Shown: positions 30,661 to 39,782 of the stretch, in pieces
Position numbering within the stretch: position 1 is the stretch's first letter
How the letters are laid out: each line of letters begins with the position of its first letter
Assembly (NCBI GenBank): GCA_963669175.1
Contig: OY769902.1
Span: forward strand, 3,808,001-3,872,000
Reading direction: 5' to 3'
Source of the DNA: a bacterium
Lineage (GTDB): Bacteria; Electryoneota; Electryoneia; Electryoneales; Electryoneaceae
Length of the DNA: 64,000 nucleotides
Translations under genes and position numbers: made by a program
Notes under the pieces: model-generated
What the model was told of the DNA's origin: nothing
Databases searched by the model: none
What the model saw: only the letters and a program-made list of their open reading frames with translations

Positions 30661-30879
30661 GTCCGTGTGGCCCGGCGTGCTTGCACCCGGGCAGAGTAAG
30701 GCTGACGATCTATATCGACGAGGCGTGCTACAGAAAGCTACATGGCCAAAGAGATAGAGAGAATGTGTATTGAGTTCACAGCGCCCGGGTGCAAGCACAC
30801 CGGGCCACACAGACTGTATTCACACGACAGACTGTATTCACACGACAGACTGTATTCACCACACAGACTGTATTCACAC
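30661..30879. repeat. Inverted REP-like pair (30661-30692 / 30783-30814) plus 18-bp tandem array x4
   Basis: 32-bp IR with 2 mismatches; ACAGACTGTATTCAC at 30809, 30827, 30845, 30863. Confidence 0.85.
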
Positions 30880-31015
30880 TATTGCCTCGGTCACAATAAT
30901 TGAGTGCATCTCGTTGCATCTACAGAGCCTTATCGAAATATTATTGGGAACATTGCCCGAGCCGAGTGTGTGCATTACTTTGCGGGATTCAGATTTGCAT
31001 AAAAGGAGTAGACTG

Positions 31016-32953
31016 ATGTCACTGAAACTGAAGTTCGAAGACGGCCATGAGGCAGAAGTCGCTGAAGGCGTGAAGCCGGAAGACCTGCTGGAAGAGGCCG
31101 GTGTGTCAAAAAAGAAAGCTGTTGCTGCAAAGCTTAACGGCCAGATCATAGATATCAATCGTCCGATCACTACCGACGGCACGATTGAGTTTATCCGGAA
31201 AGGTAAAGATGCGGACGCACTGCACGTCCTCCGCCACACGACTTCCCATGTCATGGCCCAGGCTGTGATGCGTCTGTTTGACGATGTGGAATTCGCCATC
31301 GGTCCGACCATCGAGGATGGTTTTTATTACGATTTTGATCTCCCGCATGTGCTGTCACCGGAAGATTTCGAGGCGATTGAAGCGGAAATGCGCAAGATCA
31401 TCGCGGCCGATTATCCGGTGGTACGTAAAGAGGTCACCGAAGAAGAAGCCAACGAGATTTTCGGACAGCAGAAAGCCACATTCAAACGCGAACTGCTTTC
31501 CGGTTTGGAAGGCCAGACCATCAGTTTCTACGAACAGGATGACTTCATTGACCTGTGTCGCGGACCGCACCTGACCAGCACCGGCCAGATTCCCGCATTC
31601 AAGCTGTTGACCGTGGCAGGCGCGTACTGGCGTGGTAAAGAGACCAACCCGATGCTGCAACGTATTTACGGTACAGCATTCTTCTCGGAAAAGGATCTTA
31701 AATCCTATCTGAACCAGTTAGAAGAAGCCCGGAAACGAGACCATCGCAAGATCGGCCAGGCGCTTGACCTGTTCAGTTTCCAGGCGGAGGGTCCGGGCTT
31801 TGTGTTCTGGCATCCGAACGGAACCATCATATTTGAAGAACTGCTACGTTTCATGCGGGAGAAGCTGTTCGAATACAATTATGAAGAGATCCGGACCCCG
31901 GAAGTCCTGGCAAAGGAACTCTGGCTGGAGAGCGGTCACTGGGATCATTACCGTGAGAACATGTACTTCACCGAAATCGACGAGAAGGAATACGCCCTGA
32001 AGCCGATGAACTGCCCGGGCGGTACCCGTGTCTACAAGGCCGGTTACTATTCCTATCGTGATCTGCCGATTCGTATGGCGGAATTCGGTAAGGTACATCG
32101 TCACGAGAAATCCGGTGTATTGCACGGCCTGTTCCGTGTACGGAATTTCGTACAGGACGATGCGCATCACTACTGCACCCCGGACCAGGCTGTCGGTGAG
32201 GTTACACACTGCCTGCAGATCATCAAGGAAGTGTACGAAGCGGTGGGCTTCGAAGATTATTACTTCGAACTGTCCACTCGTCCGGAGAAATCCATCGGCA
32301 CCGATGAACAATGGGCGATGGCGACGGATGTGCTGGAGAAAGCGCTCGCAGCCAACGAGATCAAGTATAAACTGAATCCCGGTGACGGCGCGTTTTACGG
32401 TCCCAAGATTGACGTGCATGTCAAGGACGCGATCAAGCGTACCTGGCAGTGTGGCACGGTCCAGATCGACTTTTCCATGCCGCAGCGTTTCGACATGAGC
32501 TACATCGATGAGAACGGCGAGAAAGCGCGGCCGGTCATGCTGCACCGTGCGATCATGGGCAGTATCGAACGTTTCCTCGGAATCCTGATCGAGCATTACG
32601 CCGGAAAGTTCCCGTCATGGTTGGCTCCGGTTCAGGCTGTGGTCATCCCGATCAGCACCGACAAGTTCGGCGACTACGCTGAAGAGGTGGTTCGTTCGCT
32701 GCGTCGTCTTGGCCTGCGGGTAAAAGCGGACATGCGTAACGAGAGCCTGAACAAGCGCATCCGTGACAACCAGAAACTGTATACACCGTATATGCTGGTT
32801 GTCGGCGAACGTGAGATGGAAGAAGGCACCGTAAGCATCCGCCGCCGTGACAACAAGCAGCTCAGGACACCGTTGCAGATCACCGATTTCGGGGATCGCC
32901 TGATGGAAGAAGTCGCGTGTCGTGACCTGGAACTTACCATCGAGGATGAGTAA
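31016..32953 (+). CDS. thrS: Threonine--tRNA ligase
   Basis: RHTTSH, DLCRGPH, GAYWRG, KPMNCP, FYGPKID, GSIERF; start MSLKL after AAGGAG. Confidence 0.98.
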   Translation: MSLKLKFEDGHEAEVAEGVKPEDLLEEAGVSKKKAVAAKLNGQIIDINRPITTDGTIEFIRKGKDADALHVLRHTTSHVMAQAVMRLFDDVEFAIGPTIEDGFYYDFDLPHVLSPEDFEAIEAEMRKIIAADYPVVRKEVTEEEANEIFGQQKATFKRELLSGLEGQTISFYEQDDFIDLCRGPHLTSTGQIPAFKLLTVAGAYWRGKETNPMLQRIYGTAFFSEKDLKSYLNQLEEARKRDHRKIGQALDLFSFQAEGPGFVFWHPNGTIIFEELLRFMREKLFEYNYEEIRTPEVLAKELWLESGHWDHYRENMYFTEIDEKEYALKPMNCPGGTRVYKAGYYSYRDLPIRMAEFGKVHRHEKSGVLHGLFRVRNFVQDDAHHYCTPDQAVGEVTHCLQIIKEVYEAVGFEDYYFELSTRPEKSIGTDEQWAMATDVLEKALAANEIKYKLNPGDGAFYGPKIDVHVKDAIKRTWQCGTVQIDFSMPQRFDMSYIDENGEKARPVMLHRAIMGSIERFLGILIEHYAGKFPSWLAPVQAVVIPISTDKFGDYAEEVVRSLRRLGLRVKADMRNESLNKRIRDNQKLYTPYMLVVGEREMEEGTVSIRRRDNKQLRTPLQITDFGDRLMEEVACRDLELTIEDE

Positions 32954-33013
32954 TCCTGATTATCGAGTAGCCCGGACATGCTTGTCCGGGACACTTGCGA
33001 CAACAGAGATTTC

Positions 33014-33048
33014 AACGCCAGTCTTGCATTTGCATGACTGGCGTTTTT
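33014..33048 (+). terminator. Terminator of thrS
   Basis: AACGCCAGTC..GACTGGCGTTTTT. Confidence 0.75.
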
Positions 33049-33051
33049 AGT

Positions 33052-33245
33052 AGAAAAAGGGAACTGTTTCTTTTCCCGCAAGGTTTCATCTGACTTCTTC
33101 GCAAATACAAATTGGGAAAGGTGACTGTCCCCTTTTTTCAGTGATCAGGCCTCATCACACCGAAAAGAGTACAGTTTCCTTTTCCGCAAGCGTTGAAAGA
33201 GTTTCCGAAATATTGTGCAGGGAAAAGGATACCGTCCCCTTTTCA
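33052..33245. repeat. Diverged family A hairpin cluster
   Basis: Four AAAG..AC(T/A/C)GT..CTTTT palindromes. Confidence 0.7.
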
Positions 33246-33467
33246 CAATACCCGATGATAGACAGTCTTTCCATACCGGGTGGCTCGAAATCACTATCAC
33301 AAACTGACCACTTCCAAGTCCACATTAGGCATTGAGTTCGGAGGGTGATTGGCCTCTCACCTTGACCCGTTTCACCCTTCACACTATCTTCTCACGTTCG
33401 TGAAGTTTGGCACATACAGAAAACTTGTTAAACTGGCTCAGTGTACGGAGGGGCAGTGGGAACTACG

Positions 33468-34436
33468 ATGCAGCGAATTCTGGTAACGGGCGCGTTGGGG
33501 CAGATCGGCACCGACCTGACAGCAGCTCTACGTAAGAAGTACGGCGCCGACAATGTGGTAGCTTCAGATGTCCGTCCCGCACCGGAAAATCATTTCACCA
33601 TAGATGGGCCTTTTGTTCAACTTGATGTCACCTCCAGCGACGCCATTGAACGTATCCTTCGCAACCATCAAATCGACAGCGTGTTCCACCTGGCCGCCCT
33701 GCTTTCCGCTGTGGGTGAGAAAAACCCGCAGGCCTGCTGGGATGTGAACATGGGCGGTGTCATGCACATGCTCAACCTTGGGGTTAAGCTTGAGCTGAAC
33801 CGTTTGATCATCCCCTCCTCCATTGCCGTATGGGGACCGGATGCGCCCAAGGACAACACGCCGCAGGAAACCTGTTTGCAGCCGACCAGCATGTACGGCG
33901 TGACCAAGGTATGCGGTGAGCTGGTTTGCGATTATTACGTGAACAAGTTCGGGCTGGATGTGCGCGGCCTGCGTTACCCGGGCATTATCTCCTACGAAAC
34001 CCTGCCCGGTGGCGGGACAACGGATTATGCTGTGGCGATCTATTATGATGCCGTGGATAAAGGCAGCTACAACTGCTTCGTCAAAGAAGACACACGTCTG
34101 CCGATGATGTACATGCCGGATACCATCTCCGGGACGATACAACTCGCAGAAGCGCCGTTTGAAAACCTGAAACATCATTCCAATTTCAACATGGGATCGA
34201 TGAGCTTCACCGCGGGTGAACTGGCGGCCGAAATCAGGAAGCATATGCCTGATTTCACAGTCCGCTATGAACCGGACTACCGTCAGAAAATCGCGGATTC
34301 CTGGCCGGCCTCGATTGATGATGTTTGCGCTCGTGAGGAATGGGGCTGGGAACCGAAATGGGACTTGGCTGCGATGACCAAGGATATGCTGGAAAAACTC
34401 CAGGCTCGCAAAGACGCGGGGACACTCTACAGGTAA
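33468..34436 (+). CDS. SDR-type L-threonine 3-dehydrogenase (NAD-dependent epimerase fold)
   Basis: TGALGQIG, HLAALLSA.GE, MYGVTK, PGGGTTDYAV, LPMMYMPD, IADSWP; next to kbl. Confidence 0.9.
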   Translation: MQRILVTGALGQIGTDLTAALRKKYGADNVVASDVRPAPENHFTIDGPFVQLDVTSSDAIERILRNHQIDSVFHLAALLSAVGEKNPQACWDVNMGGVMHMLNLGVKLELNRLIIPSSIAVWGPDAPKDNTPQETCLQPTSMYGVTKVCGELVCDYYVNKFGLDVRGLRYPGIISYETLPGGGTTDYAVAIYYDAVDKGSYNCFVKEDTRLPMMYMPDTISGTIQLAEAPFENLKHHSNFNMGSMSFTAGELAAEIRKHMPDFTVRYEPDYRQKIADSWPASIDDVCAREEWGWEPKWDLAAMTKDMLEKLQARKDAGTLYR

Positions 34437-34451
34437 ACACCGAACAAACAT

Positions 34452-34867
34452 GTCTCACGCAAAGACGCAAAGGCGCAAAGAAAAGATTAAAAGAAAAGAA
34501 AAAGAAAACATTAGGGTAAAACATTTTTAATGATTACTTATTAATATTATTGTTGATCTAGCTATACATTGTATAAGCACAACCTACACAATACAATACA
34601 ATACAATATAATATAATATAATGTAATGTAATGTAATAAATATATTTAATTTATCTATAGTATTTTTTCTGTTCACATGAAATTATTGTATATTTTATTT
34701 ATTGTATTTTTAGTTTCCTGTAATAGTATTTTATTTCAACAACAAAACTTACATATTATAATTATAAAGTAATAGTTTTTAGGGTTTTTCCTTAAAGGGT
34801 TCTCCCTTAAAATATGTTTTCTTTTCTTTTAATCTTTTCTTTGCGCCTTTGCGTCTTTGCGTGAGAC
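34452..34867. repeat. AT-rich insert bounded by 51-bp perfect inverted repeats
   Basis: GTCTCACGCAAAGACGCAAAGGCGCAAAGAAAAG.. at 34452-34502 and its reverse complement at 34817-34867. Confidence 0.9.
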
Positions 34868-34931
34868 TTGTTTTTATCTTTGCGTGAAACATTTTCAGAT
34901 ATACGTGACGAAACAGATACAAGAGGTGAGT

Positions 34932-36173
34932 ATGTACGGAAAGCTCCAGGAACATTTGCAGCAGGAACTTGCTGAGGTCCGTGAGGCGGGCCTGTACAAG
35001 GAAGAACGGTTTATTCACAGTCCCCAGGCGGCGGACATCAAGGTCGAGTACCCGACAGACGCCCCAACAGAAGAAGTCATCAACTTCTGCGCGAACAACT
35101 ACCTGGGCCTTTCCAGCCATCCGGACGTGCTGCAAGCGGCGCATGACGGTCTGGCCGAACGTGGTTACGGTATGTCCTCCGTCCGCTTCATCTGCGGCAC
35201 GCAGGACATCCACCGTGAACTGGAAGAAAAGATCAGCCGTTTCCTCGGCACTGATGACACCATCCTGTACTCGAGCTGCTTCGACGCCAACGGCGGCCTG
35301 TTCGAAGTATTCCTGAAGCAGGAAGACGCAATCATCACCGACGCCCTGAACCACGCTTCCATTATTGACGGAATCCGTCTTTGCAAGGCTCAGCGCTTTA
35401 TCTACAAGAATGACGACATGGCGGACCTGGAAGAGAAATTGAAGGAAGCTTCAGGCGCCCGGTTCAAGATGGTCTTCACCGATGGCGCCTTTTCCATGGA
35501 CGGCACTGTCGCCCAGTTGGACAAGATCTGTGATCTGGCGGAAAAATATGGCGCTCTGGTCGGCGTGGATGACAGCCATTGCACCGGCTTTATCGGCAAA
35601 ACCGGACGTGGCACACATGAGCTGAACAACGTGATGGGCCGTGTTGATATCATTACCTCCACCCTGGGCAAGGCCATGGGCGGCGCGTCCGGTGGTTTCA
35701 CTTCCGGGCGCAAGGAAATGATCGAGATGCTGCGCCAGCGTTCACGCCCCTACCTGTTCTCCAACAGCCTCGCACCGGTCGTGGTTAATGCAGCGATCAA
35801 GGTAGTGGATGTGTTGATGGAGTCCACGGCGCTGCGTGACAAGCTGGAAGAGAACACGATGTATTTCCGTGAGAAGATGACGGAAATCGGCTATGACATC
35901 AAGCCGGGCATCCACCCCATCGTCCCGATCATGCTGTATAACGCCAAGCTGTCACAGGACATCGCCCGTGACATGTACTACAAGGGCATCTACGTGATCG
36001 GCTTCTTCTACCCGGTCGTCGGTAAGGGACTGGCGCGTATCCGTGTGCAGCTTTCCGCTGGCCATGAACGGGAACATCTGGATAAAGCCATCGCCGCATT
36101 TAAGGAAGTCGGCGAGAAATACGGCATCCTCGGCAAGAGCCGTGATGAGATTATCGAGATGTACGGCGAGTAA
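34932..36173 (+). CDS. kbl: Glycine C-acetyltransferase (2-amino-3-ketobutyrate CoA ligase)
   Basis: [36 protein letters not shown]. Confidence 0.97.
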   Translation: MYGKLQEHLQQELAEVREAGLYKEERFIHSPQAADIKVEYPTDAPTEEVINFCANNYLGLSSHPDVLQAAHDGLAERGYGMSSVRFICGTQDIHRELEEKISRFLGTDDTILYSSCFDANGGLFEVFLKQEDAIITDALNHASIIDGIRLCKAQRFIYKNDDMADLEEKLKEASGARFKMVFTDGAFSMDGTVAQLDKICDLAEKYGALVGVDDSHCTGFIGKTGRGTHELNNVMGRVDIITSTLGKAMGGASGGFTSGRKEMIEMLRQRSRPYLFSNSLAPVVVNAAIKVVDVLMESTALRDKLEENTMYFREKMTEIGYDIKPGIHPIVPIMLYNAKLSQDIARDMYYKGIYVIGFFYPVVGKGLARIRVQLSAGHEREHLDKAIAAFKEVGEKYGILGKSRDEIIEMYGE

Positions 36174-36270
36174 TCGCTTTCCTGCTGGATTCTATCGAGA
36201 GGGCTTGCGTTTGCAGGCCCTTTCGTTTTACTTGGGGTATCGTGACATGGATTAGTGAGAAGGAAGCCAC

Positions 36271-37134
36271 ATGTATAAAGTGTTGTTGCAGTTGTTGCCG
36301 GAAAATGTTCTACTGTATAACTGGATAGAGCACGAGCTACCGGCGATTGTCGGTCCGTTTCGTTTCCTGGAACATGTCCCGATCCCGGTAGCGCCGGAAT
36401 CGAATGAGATCATGCATGTGAACTGGTTCAACACTCCGTTTAAAGAGCGTGGTCCTCTTCCTTCGTTGCCGGATGAAAGCTTGAACGTGATTGATGCGGA
36501 GCCGTTTCTGCTCAAGCTTCTGAACGGCAGCCTGGATCCCGCTTCCGAGGACGGCATCGCGCTGATTGACCAGGTTGGGCGCAATTTGCTGTTTTTTATT
36601 TTGCTGGCCCAGGATCACCCCCGGTACAACGCTGTTCGTGAAGTGTTCGAACGAATGGATTCGGCCTCATTGTGTTTTGATAACCTGGTGCGTCTGGCCA
36701 AACATTACGCCAATGAAGGCATTGCCTGTTCTGAGAACAACCAGCCGTCCGAAGCGCTTCAGAACATGTTGTTCTCCCTTGTCTTCTACAGTGGCGCTCA
36801 TACCCTGTCGCCCACGACGCCGGGTGTACAGTACGAGATGGGTGTTTTGTGCTATGACATGGCGGAACGCTTCAGCCTGCCGGGCAGCGATGACCTGGAG
36901 TGGGAAAACAGCCTTTACAATGAGTCGCGCCATTATTTGCAGCTTGCGCTGGCCGATCCGCAGTTACGTGACCAATCGCCGGGATTTTACATCCTGGGCG
37001 TCTGCCGTGCAGCCCTGGGCGACAAAGATGGAGCGATCAGCGCTTTCAAGCTGTTTATCGGCAGTAAAGCGGCAGAACGCTTCGTTCCGTTTGTAGAAGA
37101 CGCGAAAATGCGGCTTGCCGAATTGCAGGGATAG
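36271..37134 (+). CDS. Hypothetical protein with C-terminal TPR-like helices
   Basis: 287-aa ORF; YEMGVLCY and YILGVCRAALGDKDGAI are TPR-like. Confidence 0.65.
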   Translation: MYKVLLQLLPENVLLYNWIEHELPAIVGPFRFLEHVPIPVAPESNEIMHVNWFNTPFKERGPLPSLPDESLNVIDAEPFLLKLLNGSLDPASEDGIALIDQVGRNLLFFILLAQDHPRYNAVREVFERMDSASLCFDNLVRLAKHYANEGIACSENNQPSEALQNMLFSLVFYSGAHTLSPTTPGVQYEMGVLCYDMAERFSLPGSDDLEWENSLYNESRHYLQLALADPQLRDQSPGFYILGVCRAALGDKDGAISAFKLFIGSKAAERFVPFVEDAKMRLAELQG

Positions 37135-37145
37135 TGCTAACTACT

Positions 37146-37400
37146 TGTTCCGTCAGGTCTTGGCGTGATGCTTATTCCCATTTCACAAGACCCAAAACAG
37201 ATTGATTATTGAGTATTCAATAATAACAGCAAAGAAATTGAACATCACGTTGTGACCTGACGGGCAATGAGCTTTTTGTATCCAATGGCAGGTCACAACG
37301 TGACAACGAGTGAACCGTTTCACTAATCCATACATACAGTTAATCATTCTATTCATGTTTTTTCAGGCGGCATATTGTCACGTCAAGACCTGCCATAACA
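37146..37400. repeat. Family B (CAGGTC/GACCTG) four-motif cluster without MITE termini
   Basis: CGTCAGGTCTTG, CACGTTGTGACCTGACG, GGCAGGTCACAACG, CGTCAAGACCTGCCA in the same order as in 28838-29095. Confidence 0.75.
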
Positions 37401-37651
37401 TGAGAATGAGGCATGAGCTGTTTCTCATTGAGAAGTGGAGAAAGAGAGCCCGAAACAAGAAAAACCCATGAAAAACCTAATCTTGCCTGCCGGTGTCGCA
37501 AAAATAGAGACAATTGTGCGATATTTTAAACAATCACGGGTCTAAATGCCTTGACCTCAGAAGGTTATCATCTTATTTTATCGCCGAGCTTTTTTTGAAA
37601 CAAGACCGCTGGTGAGAACCGCGTAATCGGCGGCAACAGGAGGATTGAGCG

Positions 37652-38581
37652 ATTCTGCGGCGAAAAGGTGGCAAACGCATTACCCTGATCGTCCAGGAAG
37701 ACGGCTCCACGCATCTTCAACACCGGTCATACGACAGCGGTACCATCCGTTTGATTCTTGGTGGTATTGCGTTAGTGATGGCTATACTTGTTCTTATTGG
37801 TGTTGTGGGATTGAGCGAGTGGCGGATTCGAGTCAAGACTGGACATTTGATATCTGAGAACCGGCTCCTTGGCCATCAGCTTGAACGTGTGAACGGCAAG
37901 CTGGTTGAGGTGCGTAACACCTTGGACTCCCTCGCGATGGAAGAGGAAGCTATACGTGTACGCGTTGACCTCCCGCCTTTGAGCGAGGATGTTCGTCAGG
38001 CCGGTATCGGTTCCATGCTGCCGTTGGAAGAAGAAGTCATCGGTGACGAACGTGTTGAGAAGCTTCTCGGCGCGTTGGACCAGATTGAACGCGAGCTTGC
38101 AGTTCAGCAGCAGTCGTTCCATGAAATTCAGACCCAGGTCGTTGCCAATGAAGAGCAACTGAAACATATCCCATCCATTATCCCGGTTCAGGGCGCACGG
38201 CTGTCGGATGGTTTCGGTTATCGTCGTGATCCATTCACTCGTGCGCGTCGTATGCACTACGGTGCAGATTTCGCAGCGCCGCGTGGCACACCGGTTTACG
38301 CGACAGCCAACGGTACCGTCACCCAGGTAAAGCGTGTTTCCGGGTACGGCAAGCTGGTTGAGATTGATCACGGATACGGCTATGTGACCATTTACGCACA
38401 CTTGAACAACCAGTTTGTGCGTCGCGGACAGAAAGTCCAGCGTGGTGATCAGATTGGCGCTGTGGGCAACACCGGACGCAGTACCGGACCACACCTGCAC
38501 TACGAGGTTCAGGTGGATGGTGAACCAGTCGATCCGCTGGATTTCTTCTACGAAGGCTACGATTTAGCCAAGGGAAGATAA
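37652..38581 (+). CDS. M23 family peptidoglycan endopeptidase (start uncertain)
   Basis: HYGADF, TIYAHL, STGPHLHYEV; TM helix plus coiled coil; frame open back to 37649. Confidence 0.9.
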   Translation: MLRRKGGKRITLIVQEDGSTHLQHRSYDSGTIRLILGGIALVMAILVLIGVVGLSEWRIRVKTGHLISENRLLGHQLERVNGKLVEVRNTLDSLAMEEEAIRVRVDLPPLSEDVRQAGIGSMLPLEEEVIGDERVEKLLGALDQIERELAVQQQSFHEIQTQVVANEEQLKHIPSIIPVQGARLSDGFGYRRDPFTRARRMHYGADFAAPRGTPVYATANGTVTQVKRVSGYGKLVEIDHGYGYVTIYAHLNNQFVRRGQKVQRGDQIGAVGNTGRSTGPHLHYEVQVDGEPVDPLDFFYEGYDLAKGR

Positions 38582-38604
38582 GCTGCTCCTTGTCAGAGAT
38601 TTCC

Positions 38605-38630
38605 AAGACGCCGACTCAGGCGTCTTTTTT
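38605..38630 (+). terminator. Terminator of M23 gene
   Basis: AAGACGCC..GGCGTCTTTTTT. Confidence 0.8.
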
Positions 38631-38740
38631 GTTGATGAAAAGCAGAAAACAGTGACGCTCGTGTTCACTGCAGCATTCTGTCACACCCAGCGCACCTTAG
38701 CGAAGCGAAGCTTGCGGAGTGCGAAGCATAGACGTAAACA

Positions 38741-39000
38741 AAGCAGTGTGTATCGGAATAAAACCACTCTCATCCCAGCGAAGCAGACTGTATCAGAAGA
38801 GAAACCACTCTCATCCCAGCGAAGGCTGGGATCCAGGCAAGTATCGACACAATAATAAGTTGGATACTTAAACAGCCCTCAATGTACTGTGTTTCTCGAG
38901 AATTCTTAATCTCTTGTAATATCGCAACATGACTGGATTCCTTCCTTCGAAGGAATGAGACTGTCGGACATTCTGCGACAGTCTGGAAGGCGGGGATCTA
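38741..39000. repeat. TCAT(C/T)CC-N8-GG(G/A)ATCCAG REP-like pair (family E) with 40-bp duplication
   Basis: CTCATCCCAGCGAAGGCTGGGATCCAG and inverted CTGGATTCCTTCCTTCGAAGGAATGAG. Confidence 0.7.
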
Positions 39001-39066
39001 CTCCCTTTGAGACACAGACATATTCAAAAGTATTCTTAGCACTGGAACTGCGTGATCTTCAGTTCG

Positions 39067-39072
39067 TATAAT
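39067..39072 (+). promoter_or_regulatory. Probable -10 box for ssrA
   Basis: TATAAT about 35 bp upstream of the mature tmRNA 5' end. Confidence 0.5.
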
Positions 39073-39107
39073 GTGTAGAGACAGGCGAGTATCGCCACAG
39101 TGTTTCC

Positions 39108-39468
39108 GGGGACGTATGGATTCGACGGGACGCTGGGTGGCGTCACCTGCGCGTCGGGGGTGTCAGCAACCCCGTACCCTTGTTGGCAAACCAAAATTGC
39201 CGATGATTACGGCTACGCTCTCGCGGCCTAATTAGTGCCGCGTCGTTCCTGTCAAGCCCGGGTCGTTCGGCTTGGCTGAGGACGTCGCTAAGAACGACCT
39301 GCTCATGCTGCCACACCTGGGGGTAGCGTGCAAAGATTCACCAGGCTGGACGGAACCTGCCCGTCGATCGGCTCAAGGGATCCGTCGAGACTTCAATAGG
39401 TCGGCTACACGCGTAGACGGTGCCGTGGCCCCGTCGCCGGACCCGGGTTCGATTCCCGGCGTCTCCAC
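39108..39468 (+). ncRNA. ssrA: tmRNA; tag ORF 39199-39231 = ADDYGYALAA*
   Basis: GGGGACG/CGTCTCC acceptor stem with G3-U wobble, GGATTCGAC, T-arm GGTTCGATTCC, tag ending YALAA; CCA not fully encoded. Confidence 0.96.
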
Positions 39469-39471
39469 TTC

Positions 39472-39497
39472 AACCCGCTTCGGCGGGTTTTTTCTTT
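39472..39497 (+). terminator. Terminator of ssrA
   Basis: AACCCGC-TTCG-GCGGGTTTTTT. Confidence 0.88.
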
Positions 39498-39782
39498 GGT
39501 GGTAGTACTGTGATTTGCCTAGTTGCGAAACATCTGATTTCTGTTCAAAGCTGAACAGTGATTGTCCATATTCGTTCACTCGTTCCCTGTAATCCCGGAC
39601 ATCCGATTGAGATTTTTCTACCAATCGAGTTCTCCGATCTGCTGTCTGTTGCTCTATACAATTGCATGACGTAGCGCCATTGAACAAACCTGGGATACGA
39701 CATATACCGAAACAAAACCATTGCGAACTGGATGTTTGGAATGAAAATTGCCTTTCTTGATACATGGGCTTTTAACGAAAGG

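Noticed and set aside
30770-31015. N-terminal extension or T-box leader of thrS
   Set aside because: The extension is made of the 18-bp repeat; a good RBS precedes 31016; no T-box consensus seen.
39440-39468. Separate tRNA gene
   Set aside because: It is the T-arm and acceptor end of tmRNA.
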